Positions 1 to 13,100 of a stretch of 64,000 bases of DNA are shown here, in pieces (the stretch's first letter is position 1; each line of letters begins with the position of its first letter). Source of the DNA: Paramecium tetraurelia. Taxonomy: Eukaryota. A program made the translations under genes and the position numbers. The DNA is taken from assembly GCA_000165425.1 (NCBI GenBank), contig CT868307.1:186001-250000 (forward strand), written 5' to 3'. The notes below the pieces were generated by a model. The model was not told the origin of the DNA. It was given only the letters and a program-made list of their open reading frames with translations, and did no database searches.

Positions 1-313
1 TAAAGTATCATGAGGAAATCCTAAACTTATTTGAGCTGTTTCTTTTGCTCTTCTCAAATCAGAAGTATACACTCCTTTAAATTGATCTCGGAAGGGTAAT
101 AATGCTTGTAATAATTGATTGGCTTGTTCTCTTCCTGAATATTGAGTATTAATTGATTATACCTCTAATTGTCAATCTACTATCTGTCCACCCACAAATT
201 GTATTGCTTAGATTCTAATTGGTTTATCCATGTCTCACGAACAAGATATTTGTAGTATTAGGTTTTCGTATCAACTGTTAGATATGATTTTTCAATAGCT
301 AGTATTTATTCAT
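1..313 (-). CDS. Histidine phosphatase / phosphoglycerate mutase family protein (5' part; runs off window)
   Basis: Ciliate-code translation MNKYQLLKNHIQQLIRKPNTTNILFVRHGQTNQNLSNTICGWTDSRLTIRG-REQANQL...VYTSDLRRAKETA contains the RHG and SDLxRA motifs. 28-nt intron at 135-162. Confidence 0.9.
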
Positions 314-336
314 AGATTAAAAATATTATAAAAAAT

Positions 337-2982
337 TCACAATTAGTAATCCATTTAAGTTTTTAAAGAAGCCAATCGTCTTTTAATATCTTCTCTTAAA
401 TTGCATGCTTCTTCTTTTATCCTTCTTGATAAAGATATGATATCATACATACCTATCTTCAATTTATACTTTTTTTTAGGGAGAATTTTGAGAGTATTAA
501 TTTTCTGATATTGGTGATGTCTGACTATACAAATTCGACTTTAATCTTCTATTATAGCCTCCAAACTATTATTATTCATAGGATTCTTGAGTTTGGAAGT
601 TTGTGCGATTTTACTATGGGATTTCTTCTCTAAAAGACTCATGAATCATATTCAATTCATCCATTAACCTGTTTCTGGAAACAATGTTTTGTTGATTTTC
701 AATTTTAATAGTTTGATTTTCCTTCAACACTACCATATGTTGGTTTAATTACATCTCTCAATCTACAACTTTTATTTGTCACATAAGTCTACAAAGTATT
801 TCTCAATATCTTTGATCTTTTTCTCATAATCTCCAACTACCTTTGAATATTCCATTTGCAAATGATTGTACTCCTATTTCTAATCATTTAGTAATGAAGT
901 GCTGATCTCTACTTGCTTTCTTAATTGATCCTAGTCTACATTTATTCCGCTATTCTACATAATTCTAATAGGAGATCCCACTTGAAAATATGAAATTTTA
1001 ATATTACATCTTTATTGCATTTTTAACTCTCTCAGCTATGATTAGGCTTATGAATACTATTCTTTCAATATTCTCACATCATCTCCCTCAATCTAATAAT
1101 GTCCTAATTGATCTTTTGATGTCATCAATTCTTATTTTAAATAATCACTAATCATTTAATAAACTATTACTATTGCATTTACAACTCTCTTTCTACTTCT
1201 TTTTGATTAGATATCAATATTTTATAATTATTAATTTACTCCTCCTAATTTTCCAATTATTATGAGACACTATCGTACATTTATTTTAAGTTCTACACAT
1301 CGTTTTATTACTAATAATCAATATCCTTTTGTTTTAAAATAACAACATTTTACTCTTTTACCAATAAATTCTTCTTCTTTAAGAGATTGCTTAACCATTG
1401 CATAAATGCCTGATTTAATACTCTATTGTCATATTTCTTGCTCAACAATATTTCATTTTATCTCTTCATTTTCCTATACTAAGCATTATTTTTAATAGAA
1501 TTGAATACTACAATAATATGAATTGAAATACATCTTTATAAGAATAAATTCTCTCTCTTTTTCACTACCTTAACGCTTATATGATTTAATCTAGATAACT
1601 TTTAATATTCCCTTATCCATTATTTAAATTGCCTAAACTTGATAAAGAAATTTCTATTTAATTAAATTTGATTCTCTCTGTATTTGTTTTCCTTCAAATT
1701 TGATTTCAATTTGTTAAACAACTTTTTTAACTTTGCTTGTCCTCTTTACCTAACTATTTGGTTAGCTCTTTCCTTATGAAAATCAGAATTTAATTTCAAA
1801 AACCTTATAACTCCTTTCATTTAATTAATGCGTCCATTATTTATATGTTAATAAATGCACTTTTGTTTTTAATTTTGCTATTTTATCCAGAGAGTCCATG
1901 AACTGAAAACCTACAATAATTCTAAATTTATACTTTAAACAACTTTATTTTATTAAATTCATTTACAGCAGATTAAGCGATTTACTAAAAATCCTTCAAG
2001 CTAAAATTGTATTTCAGATAATTCTATTTCAATTTATAAAAGCATTTTTTTTTTATTTTCTGATTAAAAAATTGAATAGATGTCTTAAGATTTTTATCAA
2101 ATTTCTTTTTATCTTAAATATATTGCTTCCAATTCATCCAGAAATTAATTACAGTCCTTAACTTTCTGACTTCATTAAATTAATTCAATAATGCTTTATT
2201 TTTGATATAATATTTCCATCCTGTAAAGCAATTTTATAATTAAAGATGTTATTTTCTTTGAAGAACATGTTTCAACTTTTTAGAATATTTTGCAGCCTTT
2301 GAAAATGCATCCAAAAAATTAAATTTTAATCTAGCATTTCTCCATTTAATTGCCATGTCCATATCAACCTCATCTTCGTATATCTAGTTTAAGAGATCTA
2401 AATGATCATTTGTTGATATTTGCTCATCTAATTCCCTAAGTTCTGCTATCTAATGAACTAATCAATATCTTTAACTATTTTACTTCTTTAATTTATTTTA
2501 TTTTAATTTTAAATAATCTCTCCATAACATTTCTCCTTTTGTTCATACTTCTCATTATACAGGTTTAACTCATCCAATTGTTCTGCTTATTACTGCACTC
2601 TATCTTCCAATTAAAGAATGAATTAATTCTACTATTTAACTTATTAAATTAGAGTGGCAATAAGCTTTTCCCTATCTTCTCTGTTAAGACTTCTCATTGG
2701 AGGAACCTATATAAGGTCAGTGGAAGTTCGACCAAACTACGCAGTGCTTTTAAACTAAACCGAGCCTTTGGAAGCAGATTCCTAAATTCTGACTTTCTTG
2801 TCACTCCCTCTATTTGATGTGCAAAGCAATTAGTTAGTTGATGGAGATTTTAAAATTGATTTATCATTTTTTATTGCACTTGACTCTCTTGATAAGTATT
2901 TATAAGCTGCAGTCATATTTGTGTTGTATGCTTGAGGAAAGATAGTTAATTGACTGTTGCTTTTTTGATCGTTTAATTTCAT
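337..2982 (-). CDS. Coiled-coil protein with Sfi1-like (F-x-x-W) repeats, putative centrin-binding protein
   Basis: ATG at 2982 (MKLNDQKSNSQ), TGA at 337-339, several small introns (e.g. 1911-1933). Recurrent motifs CFTGWK, FWMNWK, VFSSWT, QFKQWI, AFMQWL, followed by a Q/E/K-rich coiled coil. Confidence 0.65.
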
Positions 2983-3011
2983 TTTTAATTTATTTTATTT
3001 CTGAGTTATTA

Positions 3012-3993
3012 ATGAATCCAGAAACAGAGTAATTGAACTACGATTTGGAAACTCCACAGATTCCTTATAATTATGATGTCGATGGTCGATTCTATTTGCC
3101 TGTGTCAAATCAAATCTATTAGAAAGTCTATAGTCAATACACTTACCATCCACCCACCTTTTTACTCATGCCACAATAACCAATCTATTAACCATGTCCT
3201 TAGGTGAAGAAACAAAAGAAGAAGAAGGTTAATAATAAAGAAGTTGAAGCACTCAGAGCAAGAATTATGGAATTGGAAATGAGATAACCAGAAGTAAAAA
3301 TAGTAAAAGAAGTTGTTACAGACACCGAATAAGTTTAAATATCACAATAATTATGTAGATAACCAGATTAGAAAAGGAATTACGTATGGTTAAGATGCAA
3401 TTAGAACACGAACATGAGAATAATGCATAAAAGGACAGGACTATTTCTGACCTTAGAGCTCAGATCTAAAAGAATGATTTATCCAGAAGCTCAAGTCTTG
3501 TTTCATTACAAACTACACTTGTTGAGAGAGAAGTATGAATATTCAAATTTATTCTTAGAGATAAATAACAAAGCAAGATGGAATCATTTCTTAACTCCAA
3601 GCTGAAATCAACCTTCTTAGAGGAGAATTAGACGATGCTCATCACCATATTGAAGAATTGTAAACCACACATGAAGAAGTAACAGTAGAAAAAATGACAT
3701 ATCTTTCAAAAGTAATTATTGTTTATTATTAACAATTAAGGAGGTAGAAACCTGGAAATAAAAATTCATTGTCCTCAATAGAGAGTATCACGAAACTCAA
3801 GAAAAGCTCATGTTGGCTGAAGCTGAATTAGAATCAATTAAGAAAGGAGAAGTTAAAGAAGTGAAAGTAATCTAACAATGTAATTTAGCAAATTGTTGTT
3901 GAAAGAAAGGATAATATAGGAAGAACAGTAGATTACAAATAATCTGAATAAGTTTAAGTTAGAAAGAGTGGATTTTTATAGACATTATAGTGA
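3012..3993 (+). CDS. Hypothetical coiled-coil protein
   Basis: MNPETEQLNYDLETPQIPYNYDVDGRFYLPV...EVEALRARIMELEMRQ...; about 4 small GT..AG introns; TGA at 3991-3993. Confidence 0.75.
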
Positions 3994-4815
3994 AAGATAA
4001 TCAATTATAGTGAATATTAATATAAATACATTATTTAATCCAATAGAATTATGGAACAAATAAAAATTTTATTTTTTACACACCTATCTATAATTTCTCA
4101 TTTAAACCAATTTGAATTAGAACTGAAAGAATTATAAATTGAAACAAATTTATGGTTAGGAAATCAATAATTTAAATCAAACTCAATTGAAATGTTCTAT
4201 AACATCTCTGAAATTAATTTAAAGATAACCTAATCCATAACTGGTCCAGAGAAGGTGAACCAAGTAAGTATCAAAACCTTTGATTTAAATATAATCACTA
4301 TATCACACTTTAGATTAATTATCTTTCTATTTTTAAAGAATTATCATAAAATTTGGTTTAATAAGTGATGTAAACGAAGATAGAATAATATATTTTGGTT
4401 CTTTAAGAAATTTTTACTATGAATTTTTGGAATATCACTTTATTTTTAAAGTATGTATCGCTAAAATCATAAAAACAATTGTTAATTATATGAATATCCT
4501 AATAAATAATATTATTTGAAATTTTCATTTTGGTTTTCGTTTGAAGATATGTCTCAAGATAAATTTTCATCTTTAAGGAACTCATATTTGATTTGATTTG
4601 AGATTTCTTTAATTCTAAATTCATTGAGGAAGAATTGAAGTAGTACTTTTAAATTCTTCTATAGAAAAATGTTAGTTCAGAATATCTAAATTATCAAATT
4701 GCTAAGAAACTTGCTTGTTTTATTTTCTTATCTCAGGTGTAAATAATCTGAATAATTAAGTTTTTTACATGTAAATAATTAATAATAATCTCAATAGAAT
4801 TATAACTTGTATATA

Positions 4816-7170
4816 ATGATAATCGACGCACCCAATCAATAATTTCCAAATAGAAAGTTTTAAACAATAAATCAATTAGGAAAGGGAGCTTAAGGTTAAG
4901 TTTATTTAGTGAAATCAATAAATTGGGGAATAAATGATTCAAAATAGTTTGCAATTAAATAATAACCAAAGTTTAATGAGAATGAGCTATAAATATTAAA
5001 TATGATAATGAATTACTAAAAAGGCTAATTTAATCAAGCATCATAAGTGATAAGGATTTATGAAATATTATAATACAATAATAAGGCATACTTGATAATG
5101 GAAACTGGAGAATAGGACCTTTACTCTTACATTGAATCATATTAATAATAATAATAATAATTAAGTTTAGACTAAAAAATAAAAATAATGAAATAAGTAT
5201 TTAAATTAAATATGTATCTAGTTATCATAATCTATCTACTTTTTTCATGAAACTTTAAAATTAATTCACAGAGACATTAAACCTGAAAATTTTATCAAAG
5301 TAGGAGATGATTTCAAACTTATTGATTTTGGTTTAGCTAAACCTTCTCAAGATTTTTTTATGACATAAAATGTAGGAACACCATATTTTTAAGCACCAGA
5401 AATAATTTAAAACAAATAAGATTACACTTGTGCTGTAGATGTTTGGTCATTAGGTTGTGTGTTTTATGAACTTTGTAAATCATAACTATTATTTTAAGGT
5501 ATTATTTTCTATTTAATTTAGCAAATACTATTTAGGAAATATAAAACATTGTATTAAATTTCAATTAAAAGTACTTAGAAGATAAATTAAGTTCAGATGA
5601 GATGCCTTAATCGTTAAAGTATCTTTTAATTTAAATGATTCAACCAAATCCCAAAGATAGATTATCAATTAAAGAAGTACTTAGTAAACTTAATTAAATA
5701 TCAACAGAATAATTTGGAAATTAATATAATAATAGCTTTATAGTTTAAAATGTCTTCTAAAAAAATAATCAACAATTTTAATAATAAAATAATTTTCCAT
5801 AAATCAATTAATAAATCTCATTTAATCCATAAATTTAATAGTAAAAATAATAATAATAATAGTAATAGTAATAATTAAAAGATTAGGATTAAAAATAAAT
5901 AGAATAAAATACTTTAATTTAATAAATTATAACTATTTTAGAAAAATAAAATCTGTAACAAGAATTCAAAAATTTATAAGATCAATAAGATAAATATTAA
6001 TAAAGAATAACTGAATACATTTAATTGTTCTAAAATTAATTTGAGACAAATTTGAATGATTTAAAAAATGAATTTAAAGATTAAAATATTTAATAAATCA
6101 AAGTATAAAATAATAATAATGAGAATTTAACGAAAGTTATGTAAGAATACAAATTAAATATCAAAGATTTAGATTTAAAAAATAGAGAATAAGACATGTA
6201 AATAAAAGAATTAAATTTAAGTATATTTGAATTCAAAACTAAAATATAAGAATAAAATAACCAAATAAATATATTTAAAGATAAAGAATAGGCATAATTA
6301 CAATTAGATTAATATAATAAAGAGTTGATTCAAAAAATTGAAAAATATAAATTCAATGAGATGTAATAATAAATGAAATAATCATAATTATAAAAAGAAA
6401 TACAAGATTAACAAATCTCAATTGAGTAATATGAAAATAATATTAAAAAATATTAAGAAGAGTAATTGTAATTAAATCAATTAATTTATCAATAGAAATC
6501 TTAAGAAAATATATTTCAAAATACAATTTAAGAGAATGAAAAGAGAATTTAACAATGCTCAGATATAATTCAAGATTAAAAGATTTAATTAGAAATATTA
6601 AACAAAGCTATTTAAAATTCTAACTAAATAAAAGAATTAGAAAATAAATTTCAAATTTAAATTAATAAAATACTTGATTAACAACTTTAATGTCAAAAGG
6701 AAAGTGACAAATAACAATAGAAAGTTTTCGCAGAACTCAATTCAATTAAATAAAGTTCTTTGTAATTATAATAAAACCAATAAGAATTACAAAAGGATAT
6801 AAATAGATTACTTAATGTCATTCAATAATATTAATAACAAATTTAATAATAGGAACCAATAAAAGAAAAGTCTTAAATAATAGATTCACTTAAAAAAGAA
6901 ATTCAACTTCATTTTGAAAATGTAAAAAGAAATCCTACAACTATCTGCTAAGTACTAAAATCGAAAATTTATTTATTGTTTGAGGAAATTAAAAAAGAAA
7001 TCTCCTTTATAATTCAAAATATAGATGATGTTAAGTTATAAGGTAAATATTTAGTCTAAGAATCTTATAAATACAATGTGAATATGGAGAAAATGATTGC
7101 TAACGATTTGGAAATCTTAAAAGGATGGAAATTGGTATTTACTGATCTTTAGAAAAAATTCAAAAAATGA
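4816..7170 (+). CDS. Ser/Thr protein kinase with Q/N-rich coiled-coil C-terminus
   Basis: [47 protein letters not shown]; 2 small introns; TAA-encoded Gln run at ~5142-5160; TGA at 7168-7170. Confidence 0.92.
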
Positions 7171-8689
7171 GATAATAAATTATATATTGAAGTGAATCAT
7201 TTTTAGAATTATAATATATATTTAAATATTGATTAAAAATCATTATATTCTTAACATAATGATTGAAAGTCCAGTATTGATCCTATTATCTAAATATTAT
7301 AGTATCAGTAAATTTTCAAACTTGAGCAAACACAATATTATAATTTTAAGTACATCTATCATTATAAATTATAATTTCTAGTTTAGATTTATCCTACCAA
7401 TTGCATTATTCTTTAAAATTTTAATATGAAAGAAAAAAAATTTAAGAAAAATTACATTTCTCTGGATAACAAAGGAAAGTTTTCTTTTTTTTTAATCGAT
7501 ATTCCTGAAGTCTATAAGAACACGCACACCATTATATTCAGTGGAAATTAATTTTATTATATCATTTTCAATTTGAGAAAGCTAAAATGTAGAGAAAATC
7601 TTTTATTCATGATGCTTTTTCATTATAAATATATTATAGGATTTGATAATTTAAAGTTCTAATATTAAACACTGATAAGTTTGCTATTTTTTTTGTTCCC
7701 AAAGAGTATCATAGATAGAATAAAGAATAGAATCATTTTAATATTTTGAAAGATGTTTTAGAAAAAATTTGTAAAGTTAAGGAAAATATGTATATAAAGT
7801 ATTAAAAATAGTAGGTCTTGGGCGATCCATTCTAGGAATACAAACAATACTTACTTAAGAGATATCTATCTTACTCCATGCAATTCATTAATTGTAATAG
7901 TGGAGGCGATAATATTCTGATCTAAGAAAATTAAGTTCTTATATACATCTGAAATATTATCAAAGTAATTGCTTTATTTAAAGAAATGATTCTTGCAATT
8001 TTGAAAAGTTCAAATAATATGGTGGAGTGGGTAATTTTCCAAGGTTATAGGTAAATCTTTAGAGATGATGCCTAACATGTTTAGCCAGCTGCTATTTGCT
8101 AAGTAACATAATTGAGAAATAAATTTCCCCATCTCTTTTATAGGGTTCATTAGAACTAAATTTTTGAGGGATTGAGAGAATTTGGTTTTTCATTTTAAAA
8201 TTGAATTAAATACAACTATTGTACTATTTCTTATTAATATGTGACAACTTTTGCCCTTATTAATTTAATTTTATATATTTTTCCATTCTTTGAATTTTCT
8301 AAAGTATAAAATTATTTTTTTTCATTATTAATCCAAAGATATCAATATGGCTAATCCTATAAGCTGCGATTATGATGATAAATTTGAAGATTATATTGGA
8401 AATGAGAAAAAGGCGAAATTTTAAGGGGTGGGTCTCCCAACCCAAAAAATGCAATTTTCTTAGGAGTTGATATTGATTATTTGCCATTAGCTGAAACAAC
8501 AGCAACCTTTAATTGTTTCTTTAAAAAGAATAGTTCCTGAACTTTAATAAGCCTCTCATTCTAGACATGTTATAAATTTATAACTAAATAGATCATTTAA
8601 CTTTATATGAGATAATCCAAAAATTATTATAAAAAAGGTTATGATAAATAACGAAACAACTGCAGAGAGAACTTCATTAGTAAGAGATA

Positions 8690-9202
8690 TACTTTCTTGA
8701 AATTTTCTGATTTAATGTCCCGATTGATTAATTTTGCCTTATGTAAAAAATAATATTGGTAAAGTAATCTATTAAATAATTAAAAATAAATTTACCTGAA
8801 TCAAAATGCTTTCTAGTTCTTTTTGGAATCTGCGTTGCTCAAATCTATGTATTCAAGTAAACTTTCTTAACCAACTTCCATTACGATGCAATGGCTTGAT
8901 TGCCACTAGAAATAATCATACAATTTTAGTATATTAGTGGGAACTTAATGTTAATCATTTCCATTTTCATAATTTCTTTGGTATCGCATTAATTATGAAA
9001 TAAAGACTTTCTCATCTTCTTTCATCTCTTTCTATATCTTAAGCATAAATTGTTTGGAATTATCATCCCAGCCGTTTGAATTTGCGATAAATATTCCTCC
9101 TTCATTAGTAGTTTCAAGATTCATTATTAAATGAAACTACCTATTTGGGAATTCTGTTGTTTTAACTAAAATAGTTGTATTGACTAGTTACTAAAAGTAC
9201 AT
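8690..9202 (-). pseudogene. Truncated, frameshifted paralogue of the 30621-34153 kinase
   Basis: MYFQQLVNTTILVKTTEFPNRQF...HCIVMEVGQESL aligns with the 34153 kinase (identical ccaacttccattacgatgcaatggc at ~8871 and ~33822). Frameshift near 8820 gives an in-frame TGA, the intron position is shared, HRDIKPEN has become NRDIKSEN, and homology ends before DFG. Confidence 0.8.
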
Positions 9203-10193
9203 TCCTAATTCTAAAAATTTTATTAAAAATTAAAATTGAAAGTTTATAATCAAAATTTTTGAAAAAGTTTTTATTTTTCGTTTTCAATTGATCTAAATGA
9301 AAAACAATTATTTAATGCTACAGATATACTTTAGATTGAATTTGAGTTCTTAAATGATTTATATTTATGCAAAAATAAACTATTAATAGTATAAGAAGAT
9401 TTAAAGTTAATGAAATAGAATTATTAATTTATAGGTTAAGCTAATAGAGACATAGAATGAAATAAAATAAAGGATTAGTATAATCTTCTTTAATATATTT
9501 GGAAAGTAACAGTATATCGAGAGAAAAGATAATTAAGAAAATCCTTATATAATTAACACTATAATGCTGAATGTTTGAAATCCATCATTATGAAAAAGTC
9601 TAACATTAAATAAATTCATCTTAACCTAAATCACATAAAAATAGTGATGTAAAAAAACTTAAATATTAAAGAATTTACTTAAAATGAGCTAATATTTTTT
9701 TTATTTCTTAGCTTAATTTATATAATTTTTGTCTAATAAATACATTTTATCTACAAGTAAAATTCAATTGCCAGAATCTATGTTTTAAAGAATTTTTTCA
9801 AATATGAAATCTTATTTATATATTTCTCTGAAATACTTTATATAGCCAGTAAATCATGAGTTGGATTCTAAAGTTTTGATTATTTTCATAACCAATATTT
9901 TTAGTGGATTTTATTTTTATATTAAGAATAATACATAATTTAATAAAATTATATGTTATAGTGCTTAATTGAGTTAGAATTATCAAGCATTAAAATTTTG
10001 GTGAATTAAAACATAAAATTTGAACATACAACAAATATCCTCTATAATTCTATTTTCTTATAAAATTTTTGATATTGATCACGATATAATTTTAATAATA
10101 TTCAAAATTTTAATTTAGATATTTTCGGGGTATTTATATGTTGTAAATATATTCTAAGTGACACATTAATTTTCTTGCAATAAATAACAAACG

Positions 10194-13100
10194 ATGATTG
10201 TTAGATTGATGATAAGTTTACTACTATTGCTTATGCAAACTTTAGTAGAAGGTTACAAATTAATTTATCTTTAGCCATGACGGACGCCTCAAGAGACACA
10301 ACAATAGATGCAGTTGTAATTCTGTCAGTTTCTACTGTCTTGGGGAAGGAGAAATCAAGCCCAATAGGTTCGTTGTTGGGAGGCACAACATTATATATGA
10401 AGGTAAAAATATCATTAAATAGACTAGGTATAAGGTTTGGATTAGACTGCAAGCAATAATGCAGTATATATTGGAAAGTATCCGTGCCTTATCTCAGATA
10501 AAGGTGTTAACGGATTGTTTATGAATTGTAAAACAACAAAACCTGATCCAAATGACCATAACTTATCAGGGTTAAAAATAGTTGTTAAGGTTTTGGATAA
10601 ACCAGACTCGGTTTGTACATACAGTAGTGGGTACTGCAAATTTACATACTCTGAGAATATGACGCCAAAATTATTTTAAGTTGTTCCAAGATCAAACCAC
10701 CCTAGAAGCCTAAGTTATTGGAGAGCCAAATGGACTGTATCTAGCAATGCAGTAGAGTATCTGGAAGGATAATTCATGGATGCTAATAGGTGTGATAGAT
10801 TCACAGTTTAAGATATGTATCCAAAAGAAATCAACCCATTGGATGACGGAGTAGTTTGTTAGGTTTCTGCTGAGATCAGGGCTGGATATTATGGTTACGT
10901 CATAAAATCATAAAGAGGCTATTAAAAGAATGATGTTGGAGTAAATTAGAAGAAGGTCCATTCTGATAGAACTTATGACTCAAAGTAATATTATATAATA
11001 ATAAAATTAGAGTAATCCCACTAATTACAGGTATCAGCACTAATTTTGCATCCCCTGAAGGACAGATACTAGAAATTGTAGGTCTTGGATTTAGTCCAAT
11101 TTCCTCTGAGAATTTTGTAAAAATCTCTGGATAATCTGAAAACATTAAAGTTTTGTCATCCTCCCCCACTAACATTATTGCAAAGATACCGAAGTTGGAA
11201 AACCTACCTAGATTATAGGATTCGACTGAAAATTCTTTATATTTACAAGGAAGTGGATTGCATTACACCAGATGGGATATTTCTGGTTTATCTCTTAATT
11301 GTCCATCTTTTAGATAGCAAATAATTACTGATAAGACTGTATGGAATAGCAGGATCAAATTTGATGGAATCTATCCTGAACCTGATGTTCATAATATTTT
11401 TGGAGAAAACTACGGGTAATATTTCAGAGGCTTCTTGAAGGCACCTTTTACAGCCAACTATAAATTCTATATCTCCTCAGACAATTGCGCTGAATTCTAC
11501 ATATAAACAGCTGAGAAACTAAAACCTATTAGACCTGATAGTCCAATTGTTTAAAGCAGTTGGAATCCTTACAAGAACTATTGGTATGAATACTTGAGTA
11601 CATCATCAGAGATCAAAACTATATCAGAGAATATTTCTTTGGAGGAAGGTTAAATGTATTATATTGAGGCTTATCATCTTAATGGGCCTTAAGAAGGTCA
11701 CCTAACAGTGTCGATGGAAATTGAAAGTGAAACTCGAAAAATCAATTCCCTTAATAGCATCTATCAAATATCCACTTCATACACTCCTATTAAAGAGGTG
11801 ATTGAGTTCTCCCTTTACAATTCAAATGCAAACACCCTATTAACAGGTAAATATAGACTTTAATTCACGTATGGAACTAAGACTTACCCTTAGACAGAAC
11901 TCTATTATTCCTATATTACAGTTGAATTATCATCAAATTCGTATGCAAATGCAATTAAAAATGCCATTCAGAATTGTGGCGCAAACTACCTCGTTACAGT
12001 AGCCCTCACAAAATTAGACAGCACCGGAAAGGAGTTAGAAGAAACTGCTACTACATTTGCTGGATATAAATACACAATTACATTTGATTCCTACAGAGGA
12101 GGAATACCTTACAGAGCACTCCCAAAAATGATATACGCAAATCTTAAAGGAGGTGTAGTGGGATCAAAGATAGAATGCACTCAATCTCCATCAGATCCAA
12201 TCAGTGGTACATTTTAATTGGCTATGACTATTAATGGCTAAGATAATTTATTCTAAACAGCTGAAAATAGTTATGAGTTGAATTTTAATACGGCAAGTGC
12301 AGTATTAGCTGACAATATTGAAAGGCTTACAGGTTATCGACCTTTGGTCTGGACTATAGGAAGAGCCTAAGACGGATGGAGTTGGTTTATAAAATTAAGG
12401 TCACATTCAGAAGATCTCAGTGATTTCAGAGTCTTAAACAATTAATTAGTATCAGGTAATGGCGATGTCACTATTACACTAACACAACCATTACCAAACA
12501 GCAACAACTTATTATTTGAGCCTATTCCTAATGAGTTATTGTTTACATATAGTGAAAATCCATAAGTTTAAGTTGAAGTTTAGTATCAATTAATTGAACA
12601 TGGAAGCGTGATAGAATCTGAATTAATACTAGCTGGATGTGCACAATAATCAGCTTGTGACTTAACTTTGAATGAAGAAAAGACACCATTAGTGACAGCC
12701 TATTCAATATCTGGATCTGTTCTATCTCTTACAATTGAGGAGGGAGTCGATTTGACAATAATTTCCAATGACCTAGTAATTCAATACTTAGGAGCAGATT
12801 GCAATAACATTTAAGTTACAAATGATGGATCACCATATACTATAACTTGTAATTTGGAGTAGTAGGATGGTAAAACAATTAAAGAAGCAGGAGATGGGTA
12901 ATTGCCAGTCGTTCATCATAAAGATATTGGATATTCAAAAATAGATTAAAGTCTAACAGTTGAAAATATAGATTTGAATATAATGTCAATCTCGCCTATT
13001 GCAGGATCTCCAGATGGAGGTACAACAATCACGATTGCAGGCACTGGTTTTCCAAAAAACTCAGATAGAGAATTCACATTCTAAATTGATGGTTAAAATG

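Noticed and set aside
4051..4368. 105-codon + strand ORF under the ciliate code
   Set aside because: With only one stop codon such ORFs arise by chance; no motif or intron support.
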